The translations under genes were made by a program, and so were the position numbers. DNA of 64,000 bases from Hemiscyllium ocellatum. Lineage: Eukaryota. Below the pieces are notes generated by a model. It saw only the letters and a program-made list of their open reading frames with translations. It did not search any database and had not been told where the DNA came from. Each line of letters opens with the position of its first letter. Position 1 is the stretch's first letter. Of the stretch, positions 24,291 through 36,719 are shown piece after piece. Location of the stretch: the NCBI RefSeq assembly GCF_020745735.1, contig NC_083435.1, positions 21,017,231 to 21,081,230 of the forward strand. The letters are read 5' to 3'.

Positions 24291-27200
24291 GTGAGATCAT
24301 TCATTTTTGTGATATGTTCTATGATGATCTTTTCTGAATTGCTTAACGCATATCAGACGGTGAAAAACCTGCTAATCATTCAACTTGAATCATGCCACAT
24401 CCAGAGTAAACTATTTGCAGAATGGCTCGAAATGAATGATTATGCACCAACACTACTATTCATGTTGATTGGTTTATATCTACTTAATACTGGGTGAAAA
24501 ATAAAGCAACACTCATTTATTACACTGTTTGTTACATAGACACATTGTTACGTTGTTCACACGTTTATCAGTTGCATTCATAACTGCAATATTTTATGAG
24601 CGATTGCAATCAATCAAGAGCATTTGACGCACGTCTACTACTTTAAGTGTCATAGAAAATGCTTTGGTTTCAGCCTGCTCCTGTCGAAAAACATTAGATA
24701 ATGACAATTCAATTGGTAGTCTTGTCGTTTCTCACAGCTTAAATGTTAGGCAGGTCACCACAGATAGTTCGGCCCATTAACTCAAAAACGTTCTACCAAA
24801 CGATTGTATCAACCTGATGTTGAAATTTATAAATCACATTAATACTGCACCGAAGAGATAAGTTCAGCCCTTAAGTAATGCAGACTGGTGTACACTTCTT
24901 TCGGTGCTTCATCTCCATATTGTACAAATTAAGTATTCTACCTATGGAACACAAGCAGTTATCCACTCAAAAGTAATTATTATGATTAATGTTAATGTGG
25001 TAGTGCAAAGCCTCATTTGAATACCATATTCGAACTCATTCCCAGCTATTTCTGTGGTCGTCATAATTTTTTAATATATAAACAAACAAAATTCCCAAAT
25101 TGCATGTCTTCGGAAGTGAAGAAGCCATAAATTATGGACAACTTTTTTTTACTTAACAAGAGTAGTTACTTATTACAAATTAACGAATCTTCAAGCAACA
25201 GATATGCATTTCTGAACAATTAATAAATTACTCGACTCATTCAGACTCTAACCTCCTATTGAAATATCCTTACAGACATGCTGTGCATACAAGTATAGAG
25301 AGAACAAAAAGCAAACAGAGTTATAGGCTGAGGTCATGGGTAGATTTATGGATAAACACTGAAACGTAGCTCAATATTTCCTTTTCCAAAAGTTTAACTG
25401 CAATGGTCAATTTTGATTTTAAAACTTGGTGCTCTTTCATTTCTATTTCGCTGATATTTTCTATTGCTATTAGAATCAACAGTACGGGTGTTTTACACTG
25501 ACAAAGATTTGCTTTGCTCATTAAGATTCACAGATTACAATAAATGGTTAGGGGAAAATACACAGCCTTTCCTCATTTTAAGACATCCTTTACTATTCCT
25601 GAGAAATGGCACAGTTCCTTCTCTTTCAAAATCGCATTTCTTTGACAATTGCTTACTTCCAAACTATCAGCATCCAGAGCGCGACTGATAGAAGTGTTGA
25701 CCCACAAGGACTTTGCCATTGATAGCTTGTCAACAGTCTACCGATCAATAGTTTCTTGAAGCTGGCCAAATCTCGATTTGTAAAGAACCCTTGGCTCCAA
25801 CTCATCTGAAAACCTTCTACTCATTACGTCAAAAGATTGCAGTGTCAATGCCTCTTACAGCATGTGCTAGTTTATTTACTTTGATTAATTGTGTCAATCC
25901 TTCAACTGTCAATCATTTCAGAATTTCACTCTAAAAGCAAAACTGCAACTAAAATGATGAAATATTTGCATATTATAGCCTAACGCAAGGAAACTCAGTA
26001 TAACACTGCCGTACATGATCAACTGGTTCTTATGCCTAGTGCAGTTTATTGTATTTTCAATTAAGCATATTTATCTTATGTAAGTATTCCTTTCCATTTG
26101 AGCACATTGCTACAAATATAGAAATTCGAAATATCGATTGTGCCATTTCAAGTGGAAACAAAACATTTATCCATAGATTCATTCTCACTGTGTGAATGTA
26201 AGAGACATGTACCTTAAATCTTACAATCAGCTTATTGATCAGTGTAGCATCTGACTGCATGGAACAGTTAACACAACGTATCCACAATAAGACCCAGTTG
26301 CCAAAGGCGATAGTCATCAGTTCTGACAAAATAAAAATGACTTCATGGCTGCTGACTCACTGCTACAGGTCAGATGAGAAGCTAAACCTTGCCATTTGAT
26401 CTATATGCTTTCTGTTGCAAGTATGACATCACACAATACTGAAGCTTTGCAAAAGGAACGGGACAATTAGCTCCATGGTGGTACAATTGGAGCGTTATTC
26501 AAAGAGGACACTAGATATCTCAAACGGAACTAAACTGATATAAGCAACACGAACCGTTTTGTATGAAGATCAGGGCCATTACTCTAAACATATTTCTCAT
26601 GATAGCATAGAACGTGCAAGACTAAATCAGCATCCAATACTGATTTTGCAACTGCACATTCAGGTAGATAACAAGAACAGAAGATTCAGATTTAGCAGAC
26701 TGTTTCGAGGTCATTTTGTTGTATGAATAGAATGTGAATTCGTATTTCCTGCAAGATTAATATTATGGTGATAATATTAGCATAGTATATATTTTTCACA
26801 TCATTATTATGTTCTGAATGCTCTGCATGACATGAAGGAAAATAATATTAGATACAGAATCTATCAACACGTCAATGTTCTTTTCTGGATTACTTAACTT
26901 TAGTGTGGCCTCTTCAACACTCAGATGTCACACAAAGTTCAGTGGAATGAAGATACTTAATAATACACATGTTATGAACGAATGGTCAACACCCGACTGT
27001 CTTGGTACTTGCATACGATATGTGGCTGAAGTGAAACATACTTAACTTTCACCAACATGTTGACACGAACTTACACAAACCTATGAATCTACAAAATCCA
27101 AACAAGAAAAATCAGCTGATGAATTAGCGCCATTTTCACAATTTCATCTCCCACTCTACTTCATTGTGGAAACGGTCAGTCTAATGCAAACATACGCGTG

Positions 27201-27537
27201 GATGAATGTCAGGTTTCACTATCCTCATGGCAACTTGTTGTGGTCAACTGGTCAATTTCTGTATTCTTTTATCTCTGTTTTACAAACCAAAGTCTGCACA
27301 GTGTAAAGTACTGCGGGATTTTAAAAAAATTAAAACGAACAAGCGAGAAGACAACATTGACCACAAATAAAATTAGCAACTTTATTATTTTGCTGTCATG
27401 AGTGGGAGAAATTGCATGATCATGAATGCTGCTGAAACTTTCTAAATTTAGATGCAGGGCCAAGCCATTTGAAAAATTATACATTTCATTCTTGATCAGG
27501 CTCGTTAGCATTACCTAACAGCAGGCAGAAGTGGGTA

Positions 27538-27640
27538 CAGCAGATGCTGGAGATTACAGTTAAGATTGGAGTGGTGCTGGAAAACAACAGCAGGTCAGGC
27601 AGGAGCAGGAAAAATCACCGGTTTGGGCAAACGTCATTCA
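27538..27640 (-). mobile_element. Decayed Penelope pLTR fragment (also at ~56600-56705)
   Basis: cagatgctggag...agtggtgctggaaaacaacagcaggtcaggcaggagcaggaaaa is similar to the reverse-complemented pLTR. Confidence 0.65.
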
Positions 27641-28029
27641 CCATTCTATTACCGAATACTATCAATCCACATGCAGAAATGTGATGGAGATTTGTGCTGA
27701 TAACATTGGATTATTTAAACCAAAGGGAAAACGAACAAGTTGTCTAATTGTACAAAAATGCCATGCACAGTTTTTAAGTGAAAAACGTTTTACCTCTGCT
27801 TGAGCAAATTTCCAGATAATGGGCAGCTGCCGGCATAAACATCAAACTCTGCTACTCTAGAGCTTAGTATGTTATTGATTGGGCTAACTCAGGATAATGG
27901 AAACCCATCGACGGTGATGGACACGTAAGGCAAAACGTTATCTAGGAATAGAATATTGCAGCATCGCAAGTGGTCTCTGGTGATGAGTTGTGTGGGGACT
28001 GGAATTAGGTGGTTATAATGTCGATGTTT

Positions 28030-28146
28030 AACGATGACAAGCATAGCGATTTTCTGAGCTGCTGTCCACGGACGATGAAATATACAAAACGATGACAAGC
28101 ATAGCGATTTTCTGAGCTGCTCTCCATGAACAATGAAGTACACAAA
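28030..28146 (+). repeat. Two-copy 58-bp tandem repeat (also at ~57095-57211)
   Basis: aacgatgacaagcatagcgattttctgagctgc... occurs at 28030 and 28088. Confidence 0.9.
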
Positions 28147-28669
28147 ATTATGGGGATTGATGGTAACGTGATTTGATAATACTTATAATTATGGGAAACT
28201 GGGAATAATTTCTGAAAATTTGAAGCATTCAAATGTTTCTGTAATTCAGCATTGTGATCACGTGATAGCTGATTTGCCATTTTTATTGTCACTGGAAAAA
28301 TGGCACGCCAGTGTATGGCATTTGATCAGACATTCGAAAATTTGTCATCCTCTTTTCAGGCCGATGACCAAAGCATCACAAACTAACGAGACTCATCACA
28401 TTCGATCCCAAAAGGGGCTAGGACAAAGCTTTGAATTCAACTTGCAATCTATTTGCATTCACCAGGGATATTAATGATTAATGTTAACTAAACTGAAAGA
28501 GAAAAGATGTGTATGCTTATTCCATTTTTGCATCTAATCGAATACTTTTGTGCAAAATTAAAGAATGTGTGAGGAACGAAACAGCAATGAAGGTGTTAGT
28601 TCGTTCCTCAATAATGAATAAAAATGAGGTAAGAAAATAATATTCACAAACATCATTTTTCGTTCACAG

Positions 28670-28705
28670 AAATTAAATCATTGAAAGATGCTCTAAACAA
28701 TGCGG
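28670..28705 (+). CDS. Microexon F (36 nt, phase 1-1); (E)IKSLKDALNNA
   Basis: atttttcgttcacag|AAATTAAATCATTGAAAGATGCTCTAAACAATGCGG|gtgagc; identical in unit 2. Confidence 0.85.
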
Positions 28706-29134
28706 GTGAGCCGGTTCAAAGAATATGATTCGTCAATGTGTCTTTTAGGGGAGGACAAATCGCGATGAACAATATACTGAGATCATAGGTTGTGGATTTC
28801 TTTTGTCAGCATCATTTATCTTGGAAGGTAACAGTGTTGGCCACAATGTGTTTTGGAAATATATATTGGAAATTAATTAATAGTTCTCACATCATAAATT
28901 TTAACGCGGACCACTTTAATGCATGCAATCCACAAGTTTGAAATAATTTTTCTGCAAATTTACCTGCAGATGAGTAATTATTGCAACACTCAGACATCTG
29001 AAATTGGTCAAACATGACTTTCGTCTGGCGGCTCAATAAATTATAAAAAGAAACCTTTCAACGTGATGTCTTTGGGCAGAGCATGTTTTTGGTTCCTTTA
29101 AGAAATTTGCATCATTACAAAGCCCTCAAAAAAT

Positions 29135-29560
29135 AGAAAATAGCCACACAAAAAGATGCATTCAGTCCAAGTCGTCCATGCCGAACAGATATCTTCAAAT
29201 AATCTAGCCCATTTTATTAAAATTTGGAGAATATCCCTCTAAACCCATCCAGATGCCTTCAAATGTTGTAAGGTACCAGACTCTAGAACTTCATCTGGCA
29301 GTTCATTCCATGCATTCAACAACGTCTGTGTGAAAAAAGTTGCCTTTTGGACCCTTTTAAATCGTTCCCCTCTCAGGTTAACAGGATGCTCTTGAATTTT
29401 GGACACTCCCACCCCAGGGAAAAGATCTGATCTATTTATCCTATCCACGCCCCTGATGACTTTATAAACCGCTATAAGATGACATTTCAGTCTCTGATGC
29501 TCCAGGGGAAATAGCCCCAGCCGACTCAGCTTCTCGCAATAGCTCAAACACAAAAACGCT
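29135..29560 (-). mobile_element. CR1 3' fragment (unit-2 copy ~58200-58640)
   Basis: LSYCEKLSRLGLFPLEHQRL..FFTQTLLNAWNELPDEV, the CR1 ORF2 C-terminus. Confidence 0.85.
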
Positions 29561-29859
29561 CGCATAAACATTAGAAATCATTTCTGAAGCTATTTATTAA
29601 CTTTGTTATATTGAATTCGCAAAGCACAGTTCACCATGATTCAACAACCAGAAGCATATGAATGTATCACCAGAGAATAAAATGGAAATTCAGTTCTTCA
29701 GGAATGCTTCACCATTCAGTGTGACTCAGCTATTGACGAAGAACGAAGTTAAATGAATGTGATACATGAGTATTCTTAAAGAGCCCCCAAAAAGACAGAA
29801 GGAATTAGTAATGTCGAATAATATAGGGATAGCGTATGGACTTAAAGACTAAAGAGATG

Positions 29860-30730
29860 GCGATAATAGGAATGCAAATTTGGTTGCTAAGCTGGTCGAC
29901 TTGTTCTCAGACGTGTCGTCATCATGCTAGGTAACATCTTAAGCGAGCCTCTGGTGAAGGTGGAGTTTGAGAGTGTGGTGCTCTAAAGCACTGCAGGTCA
30001 GGCAGCATCCGAGGAGCAGGAGAACCTACGTTTCGGGCAAAAGTCTTTATCAGTAAAGGGTCAGTAAAGAGTTGGTTTTCTGCCCTGCTTACTATTTAAC
30101 TGTCGCAGATCACATAAATGTGATCCAAATCTATATGCTTGTTACTGAAGTCCTGGTTTGAATGCCAGGCTTCAGGAATTCCCGTATTTGTCTTTGTTTA
30201 ACCTGTCCCAGGATAGATGTATTTTGTCAGTCCAACTGGTGTCCCTCTTCCTCTGTGTTTATGGATGAAAGTGATAGCTGGTCGTGCCTTTTGATGGCAA
30301 GTTTCAGCTCATGTATCCGAATGGTTAGTTTCCTGCCAGTTAATGTACCGTAATGTTAATTGCAGTCCTCGCAAGTTATTTTCTATGTCATTCGTTCTGC
30401 TGCTTTTTAGTACAGTGTCCTTTAAATTCATTAGGAGATGTTCCAGTGTCGTGTTATGTTTGTGGGCTATGATGTTACCTAGGGGCCGGAATAGTCTAGT
30501 CGCCATGTCCAAAATGTCTTTGATGAATGGCATGCTGGCTAGAGTCTCTGGCCGTGTTATGTATTCTTGTTTAGGCCTGTTATGCAGGAATTGGTGGACT
30601 GTGAATACCGAGTACACGTTGTTCCTGAATACGTCGCATGGTTGTTGTTTTTTTCTCCCTTAAGAACACATTGTTTCTGCTTAGCGAACGAATTTACAAC
30701 CTGATCACATTCTGAGCAACAATTCTTCTC
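29860..30730 (-). mobile_element. Old Penelope-like element 3' fragment (GIY-YIG) with a nested pLTR piece at ~29960-30055
   Basis: Minus strand translates to CEDCN*HYGTLTGRKLTIRIHELKLAIKRHDQLSL, plus upstream MPFIKDI..AHK linker motifs. Confidence 0.8.
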
Positions 30731-31744
30731 CAAAATCCCAGCTTGTGTTAAAGTTACATAAGGTGTAAAGTCTCCAATTTCAATCATGTATTAGTACAAA
30801 TATCTTGAAAAATCAGAGGCTGCCATAGCTGCAAATGTAAATAAATTGAATAATACAGATCAAATTCGTTCGTTGACATATTTGAGAGTTTACGAATGCT
30901 GTTTTGGTAAGTAAAGGACAATTGTCGACTTTTCAAACTAAATTTATCGAGAGCAGCTTATTTATCTGCTTTAATGTGGAAACCTAAACTGAATACATCT
31001 AAACTACGAATCATGAACACATTCTTCTTGGTTTCAGAGGGAAGAGAACCGATGTTAAAGAGTTCTCTCTGACGACAATATAACTCATGCAAACGAAATC
31101 CCAGCTTTTTCTTACAGCTTGGAGGCCGCTATGAGGGAGAAATGAACAGTATGGAGTGTTGCAGACCGCATTTGCAAAATGCTTATTATTATTTTTTTAA
31201 TCATTGGCGTTATAAGATTATCCAGTAGTTAGTGGATGTTGACGAATATTCTTCAACATCCGTTTCTGGCCGTGGAAAGAAGAGCAAAATCGCAATGTTG
31301 TGGCCATTGAAGCTCTTGGCAACAAAATAGAGAAGAGACCATTACATTGAATGTTGATGCCTGAACGTATCTTTTTGCAAGTTTGTATGGGGAGACTGGA
31401 GATTTTTTTGATGACAAATTGGTCGAGTCTAGAACTGTAAAATATTCAGGGTTGAATTAATGCAACCTAGCCGTGAGGATTTTTTTTAAAAAATGAAAAA
31501 TGTGGGCGTTGAGAAAAAAAAATCAGGATTTTGTTTAACAGCACGGCTCAGAAAGCAATATCTGTTGAGATATTGGCACTTCTTCAAAACTCACATCTCA
31601 GTGGTAGCTTATGCGAAACTCAAGCTTGATAACTTTTTCTTTGACAGGCCAATTTCAAAACAACGGCTAGCCCAACCAGTTCATTTAATGAAACAAGGTT
31701 TGATGAAAGACTTCATATAGCAGTTTGGACCGTGGGCCAAAATG

Positions 31745-32038
31745 GGTGCACGGTGGCACAGTGGTTAGCACTGCTGCCTCACAGAGTCTGAGACCCGTGT
31801 TCCATTCCCAACTCAGACGACTGACTGTGTGGAGTTTGCACGTTCTCCCCGTGTCTGCGTGGGTTTCCTCCCACAGTCACAAAGATGTGCGGGTCAGGTG
31901 AATTGGCCATGCTCAATTGCCTGTAGTGTTAGGTAAGGGGAAAATATAGGTGTATGGGTGGGTTGTGCTCCGGCGGGTCGCTGTGGACTTGTTGGGCCGA
32001 AGGGCCTGATTCCACACTGTAAGTAATCTAATCTAAAT
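31745..32038 (+). mobile_element. Younger V-SINE (HE1-like), unit-1-specific insertion
   Basis: A-box-like tggcacagtgg, V-domain, (taatc)n tail; flanked by aaaatg direct repeats (31739-31744 / 32039-32044); empty site in unit 2 near 60848. Confidence 0.92.
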
Positions 32039-33385
32039 AAAATGTTTAATGTCAAAGAATTTTATCCAATTCATGAAATGTTTCATGCATCATGACATTC
32101 ATTATTGTATGAGAGGAGATCAAATATAAGTACCTCCCAACTTTTACGGTTGTCAGAGGATTTAGAGATTGCACTTCTCTCCACTTCAGTCATACGTTTG
32201 AATTCCACAGTATCAGATACGAAATTTGGTTTCAATAATAATTGAATTTGGAGACATCTTATCCAAGGATGAATATAACAGTACTGCTGTAGATACCCAA
32301 ATGATTCACAAAGGATTTTCTTCATGAAGGAAATCTGCTTCCTTCGTCCAGCCAATATGGAACAGCAATGCACTTCAGAATAAACTGAACTCCAAATTAG
32401 CCTAGACTTCCAACCAGTTAAATGGCAGTTAGAGATTGACAACAAGTAATCATCATGCCAGTCATACCCACAGGCACGAAGAGATTATCAAAAATGTTTG
32501 AAATCTTCTTGATAGCGACTATTCAGTTCATGAGTGATCACCATGACCTGCTAAACAGCCGATACTATAAGATTGACATTCAGTTCATGACAAGCAAAGG
32601 TTGTGGGATGCTTGACGAATCCATGTCTCCAAATGTCCTGCCAATATCTTGAGTGGGGGCATTGCATATTTATGACAGTTTGAGGGAATTGTGACTATCT
32701 TATTTGCAGTTTCGAAGAATGAGTGATCGTTTTATTGAAGTTTTGCAATGTACTTGAAGGATCACATAAGGTAAACGTAAGTAAGATATTTTCTTTAGAA
32801 ATCAGAACCATGGGTACATTTTTTAAAACTGGGATGGCATTTAGTTCTAAGATGATTGCTTTTTTAAACTCAAATAGTTGTGATTCAAAATACTGTGGAA
32901 ACTCCGTCTTATAGTATGTTTAAGTCAGAGACTTATGGCAGTCTGGTTACCAATGACATTCAGAATTTTGTGGACTTGTTGGAAGAAAGGATTTCAGTAT
33001 CGATCAGGTATGTTAATATTTTTAAAAGAAGTAGGTTCAATGCACCTACGCCTGTTCCAATGCTACTACGTTCAATGATTTTTCAAAATGTAAAAAACTC
33101 TTAGTGCTTAATACTCTTACTACAAGTTAAAAATCCTGAATATACCCAGAGAACAATAATATTGCACGTAATAAGTCACAGAACAAAATGTCTCCAAACT
33201 AATTTTGCTCGAGATAACATTTGGCAATTGAACTAAATGGAGGCATCAGGTCAGCTGAAATTATTTTATTTAAGAAACTATATCCGAGTCCTGAGATAAA
33301 ATATTCTTGGAAAATAACTGAGATATGTATATAATCGAAATATAAACAATAAATCGAAGCATACTTTCACATTGTTTTGCACCAG

Positions 33386-33412
33386 AAGAAACATTACAAC
33401 AGAAAGAATCGG
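33386..33412 (+). CDS. Microexon G (27 nt, phase 1-1); (E)ETLQQKES
   Basis: ttgttttgcaccag|AAGAAACATTACAACAGAAAGAATCGG|gtaagc; the unit-2 copy differs only by synonymous ACA>ACT. Confidence 0.85.
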
Positions 33413-33600
33413 GTAAGCATATTAAACAAATGCATCGAGCATCTGTCATGAGAATTCCACAAGTTTTATTTTCTTTCAACTGTCCTACCAATCACTGTGA
33501 CACACAATGAAATTCTGTTTGACGTCATGCCATTAGTAGTTAAAGTGGAGACGCTGTTCATATGGATCTCATAGATTTTCATGGATTATTATATTTTCAG

Positions 33601-33627
33601 AGCTCAACGAAAAGTGTAAAACTAATG
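33601..33627 (+). CDS. Microexon H (27 nt, phase 1-1); (E)LNEKCKTN
   Basis: attatattttcag|AGCTCAACGAAAAGTGTAAAACTAATG|gtaaat; conserved in unit 2. Confidence 0.72.
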
Positions 33628-34764
33628 GTAAATAACACTGCACTGTCTGAACAAATTAATTTGCATAGTAATCACCAGTGATATAAGAAATAATATAAGA
33701 AAGCAATCAGCATCTCTCGTGGGCAATTTTATTCCTCATTTGTATCGTCACCTTGATTTGAACTCGATCATGAAAGCAATGTCCCCTCCAAGTTAAATTG
33801 CCAAAAATTGGAATGTTTCAAGAATTTGCTTTATCGTAAATAGAGTTTCACGGAAAAGGAATGACATTGTGAGAGATTTCTTGATCAGTACGACCAAACA
33901 GCAGAATTATAAGTACTTTCGTTTCAATTCATGTTTTCATCCTTCCACCACCAAAAACAGTCCAACCTGAAAATATGCCATGGTATGACAAATGTCATTA
34001 TTAAACTGTTAGCTCGACTAAGATCTACATTCTCAAAACTGACAGCTCCATTAAAGGAGTTGGCACCCATTTTCATGACAACAAACATATGTGGTATCAT
34101 TGTCGGAGGAAATAAGCAAAAGAGAACTGATATTCAGCATTATAAATGATGTAAGTCAGTAATGAAGAGGATAGCTAGGGAGTTATGGGTTTGCAAGATA
34201 TCTGTTTACCGTAATCATAACTGTTTTTGCAGATTAGTATCCAAAGTGAAGGAGAACACGTTTTTTAACCTATATTCCCATTAGAAAAAAAGTATCTAAA
34301 AACTTACATATGTTTTTCAATGTTTTATGTCAAATTATTGGCTTACTATACACAGCTTTACCTTGTTTCAAGATACGGAAGGTGAACAGCAAATATGTAT
34401 AAATGGGAAGTCGAATTCATTTTCGTCCCATTGAAAATATCACTGTTCAAACCATAGTGAATCTCAGAGAGATACGTCAAGATCCTATAACACTTGAAAA
34501 AGTTCTGAAATCAAACAGAATAATGAAATAGGTAGTTAGATGTTGTTAAAATATGATGGGGCTAATATCTGCGCTTCAAGGCAATAACAAGTGCAGAGCA
34601 TGTCGTATTGATTTCGCCTATGATTTTATGGGAACAGCAAATTAACAAAAATAATTGATTGCGAAGTAATTGCTATGTCCTGTAGTGATAAAAGGTGTCA
34701 CATAATTAAAGACATTCCTTTTTATTTTAAATACCAACTTTTTAACTTTGAGCAGCATGCTGGA

Positions 34765-35035
34765 AGCCACGGTGGCACAGTCGTTAGCACTGCTGCGTCA
34801 CTCGGGTTGCACTCCCACCTCATACAACTGTCGGTGTGGAGTTTGCACAATGCACCCGCGTCTGCGTGGGTTTCCTCCCACAGTCCAAAACTGTGCAGGT
34901 TTGTTGAATTGGCCATGCTAAGTTGCCCGTAGTGTTCGGTGTAGGGGAATGGATTTGGGTGGGTTGCTCTTCGGAGGGTCAGTGTGGACTTGTTGGGCTG
35001 AAGGGCCTGTTTCCACATTGTAAGTAATCTAACTA
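34765..35035 (+). mobile_element. V-SINE (HE1-like), unit-2 copy of 243-512
   Basis: Same sequence and same relative position in the duplicated unit. Confidence 0.85.
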
Positions 35036-36151
35036 TGATTGTTTTTGCATTTCCATATTGAGAAATCTGCGAACTAGAAAAATCTTTTTAGAAAATATGT
35101 GTGATACACGATTTAGTGAGATACTTCAGACCTTGTCATTTCTTATAGAAGAGGGTGGCGACCTTAGTTGGGAAATCTGGCTGCTGGAGGCTGGCGAAGG
35201 AATAGTTTCAACTTCTGAAAATGATAACACATTCGATATTCTTGAGTATTGTTTGATCTATGATCATCCAGTTCAATTATAATGTAAGCAAAATTTGCAG
35301 AGCAAATTCCCCTTCGGAGCAGAAATTCTTAAATGTGAGCATTTGCAAGTGACCAGAAGAATAAAAGGTGCATACTAATCAAATGAAGAGAAACTGCAGA
35401 ATTTCAAACTGCAGTGAGACCTAAGTGCAGTTTTGCGTGATTAATACGAGGTTATACATATTATTACTAGAATTAGGAAGGAAGGCAACCTCATTTTTGG
35501 TATGTATTGCAAGACAGGTCAATTATACAATTGGAAAAGTGTTTCTACAGCAAAGAAGGTTATGATCCAACATTATTCAGAGATTTGCGTTATTTTAAGA
35601 GACCCTAAATATGTTTACTTCCCAAAATTTCAGGGATGGTTCACTGGATTGATAGCTGCAGATGAAGCGACTGTCTTTTAATAGAAATGTATGAGCAGCT
35701 TGAAAATTATGCATTGGACATCATGCGAAAGACTTTATGCAAATGTGGCAGATTCTAATGAGCTCAATAGGAAAAATGGTGAGACAAAGTTTGACAACTT
35801 GGAAAAGAAACGTTTAGGAATTAAGGTATTCCAAATGAAAATGATCATAATAAGAAAGGTATTCTTTCAAACAGTTAATGCACTTTGCATTTATTTTTGA
35901 CAGACCACAGAACAGCCATGGACTTTGAGGATGTTAATGACTGTGCAAGAGATTAATACACTCTGCAGTCAAATATTTTTCCAGCTGTTGCTGGTGCGGA
36001 GGTGATAAAGTGGAAAGAAGAATATACATAACTTCATCCTGAATTTAACGAGTAATGCATGCAGAATGCAATCCTTTTCCTGTTTCCCATTATATACACT
36101 TGGCCCGAATGTTTTTTGTCAGCATTATAGCTTTTTAATGTATCTTTACAG

Positions 36152-36178
36152 ATGAAGAAGTGAATGATCTCCAAACAG
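36152..36178 (+). CDS. Microexon A' (unit 2); (D)EEVNDLQT
   Basis: tctttacag|ATGAAGAAGTGAATGATCTCCAAACAG|gtgaat. Confidence 0.75.
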
Positions 36179-36719
36179 GTGAATAAATTGCTGTTTTTTA
36201 TGTTCTTAAAAAAATAATTTTCTGTGGTGAATTAAACATTATTTCTTTATTTTGTCTGTTGGAGGTTATGTTGCACCTGCACAGGACAGTAGTTAGGCTA
36301 CTTTTGGAAAACTCTGTGCATTTAAAATCAGCAACAGTGTGGAAACAGCAATATATTTCCATGTTAGAATGGTGTCTTGGAGCAGAATTTTCAGGTGGTG
36401 GTATTGCAGTGTATCTGGTCTATTTGTCCTGTGAATGGAAGTTATCGGAAATTAGGTAATTGGGTGAATTTCTGCGTCCACCTGATACATATTTTACACT
36501 GCTATACCTGAACGTTGGTGATAAAAGGATTACATGCAGGAGAATGTTGTGCCAACCAAATAGGATGATTTATATTTATTGCTGTCATGCTTCTTGAGAT
36601 TTTTTGGAACTCTACCCATCCAGAAAAATCGGAAGCATTCCAATGCACTGACAGCCTGTGCCTTCGAGGTGATGTTGGCGTTTGGGAAAGATTGTGTCGC
36701 ATGAATATCGAACAGACAA

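Larger units (their letters stand above)
1..34523 (+). repeat. Tandem segmental duplication unit 1 (~34.5 kb; left edge set by window start)
   Basis: Position 1 (tgacatagttaattagatgttg) aligns colinearly with 34524 (tgaaataggtagttagatgttg) and 63312. Many ORF-track entries recur in the same order, e.g. 1169/35691, 7016/39430, 24246/53323, 27198/56257. Confidence 0.97.

Noticed and set aside
24246-24497. Short ORFs conserved between units (e.g. 24246/53323, 27198/56257, 9968/42318)
   Set aside because: Conservation is explained by the recent duplication and there is no domain signal; the 24246 ORF overlaps exon E in a different frame.
28030-28146. Repeat-spacer-like pattern resembling CRISPR
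   Set aside because: Only two copies, the 'spacers' are themselves homologous, and the context is eukaryotic with no cas genes.
28810-28827. 18-nt candidate exon tttgtcag|CATCATTTATCTTGGAAG|gtaaca
   Set aside because: The acceptor AG is absent in unit 2 (gttgg) and inclusion would break the F-G heptad register.
31119-31149. Strong acceptor followed by 31 nt and gtatgg
   Set aside because: Not 3n, and it has an in-frame TGA in the phase-1 reading in unit 1.
31745-31820. tRNA gene
   Set aside because: The tRNA-like A/B boxes are the head of a SINE, followed by the V-domain and a LINE-derived tail.
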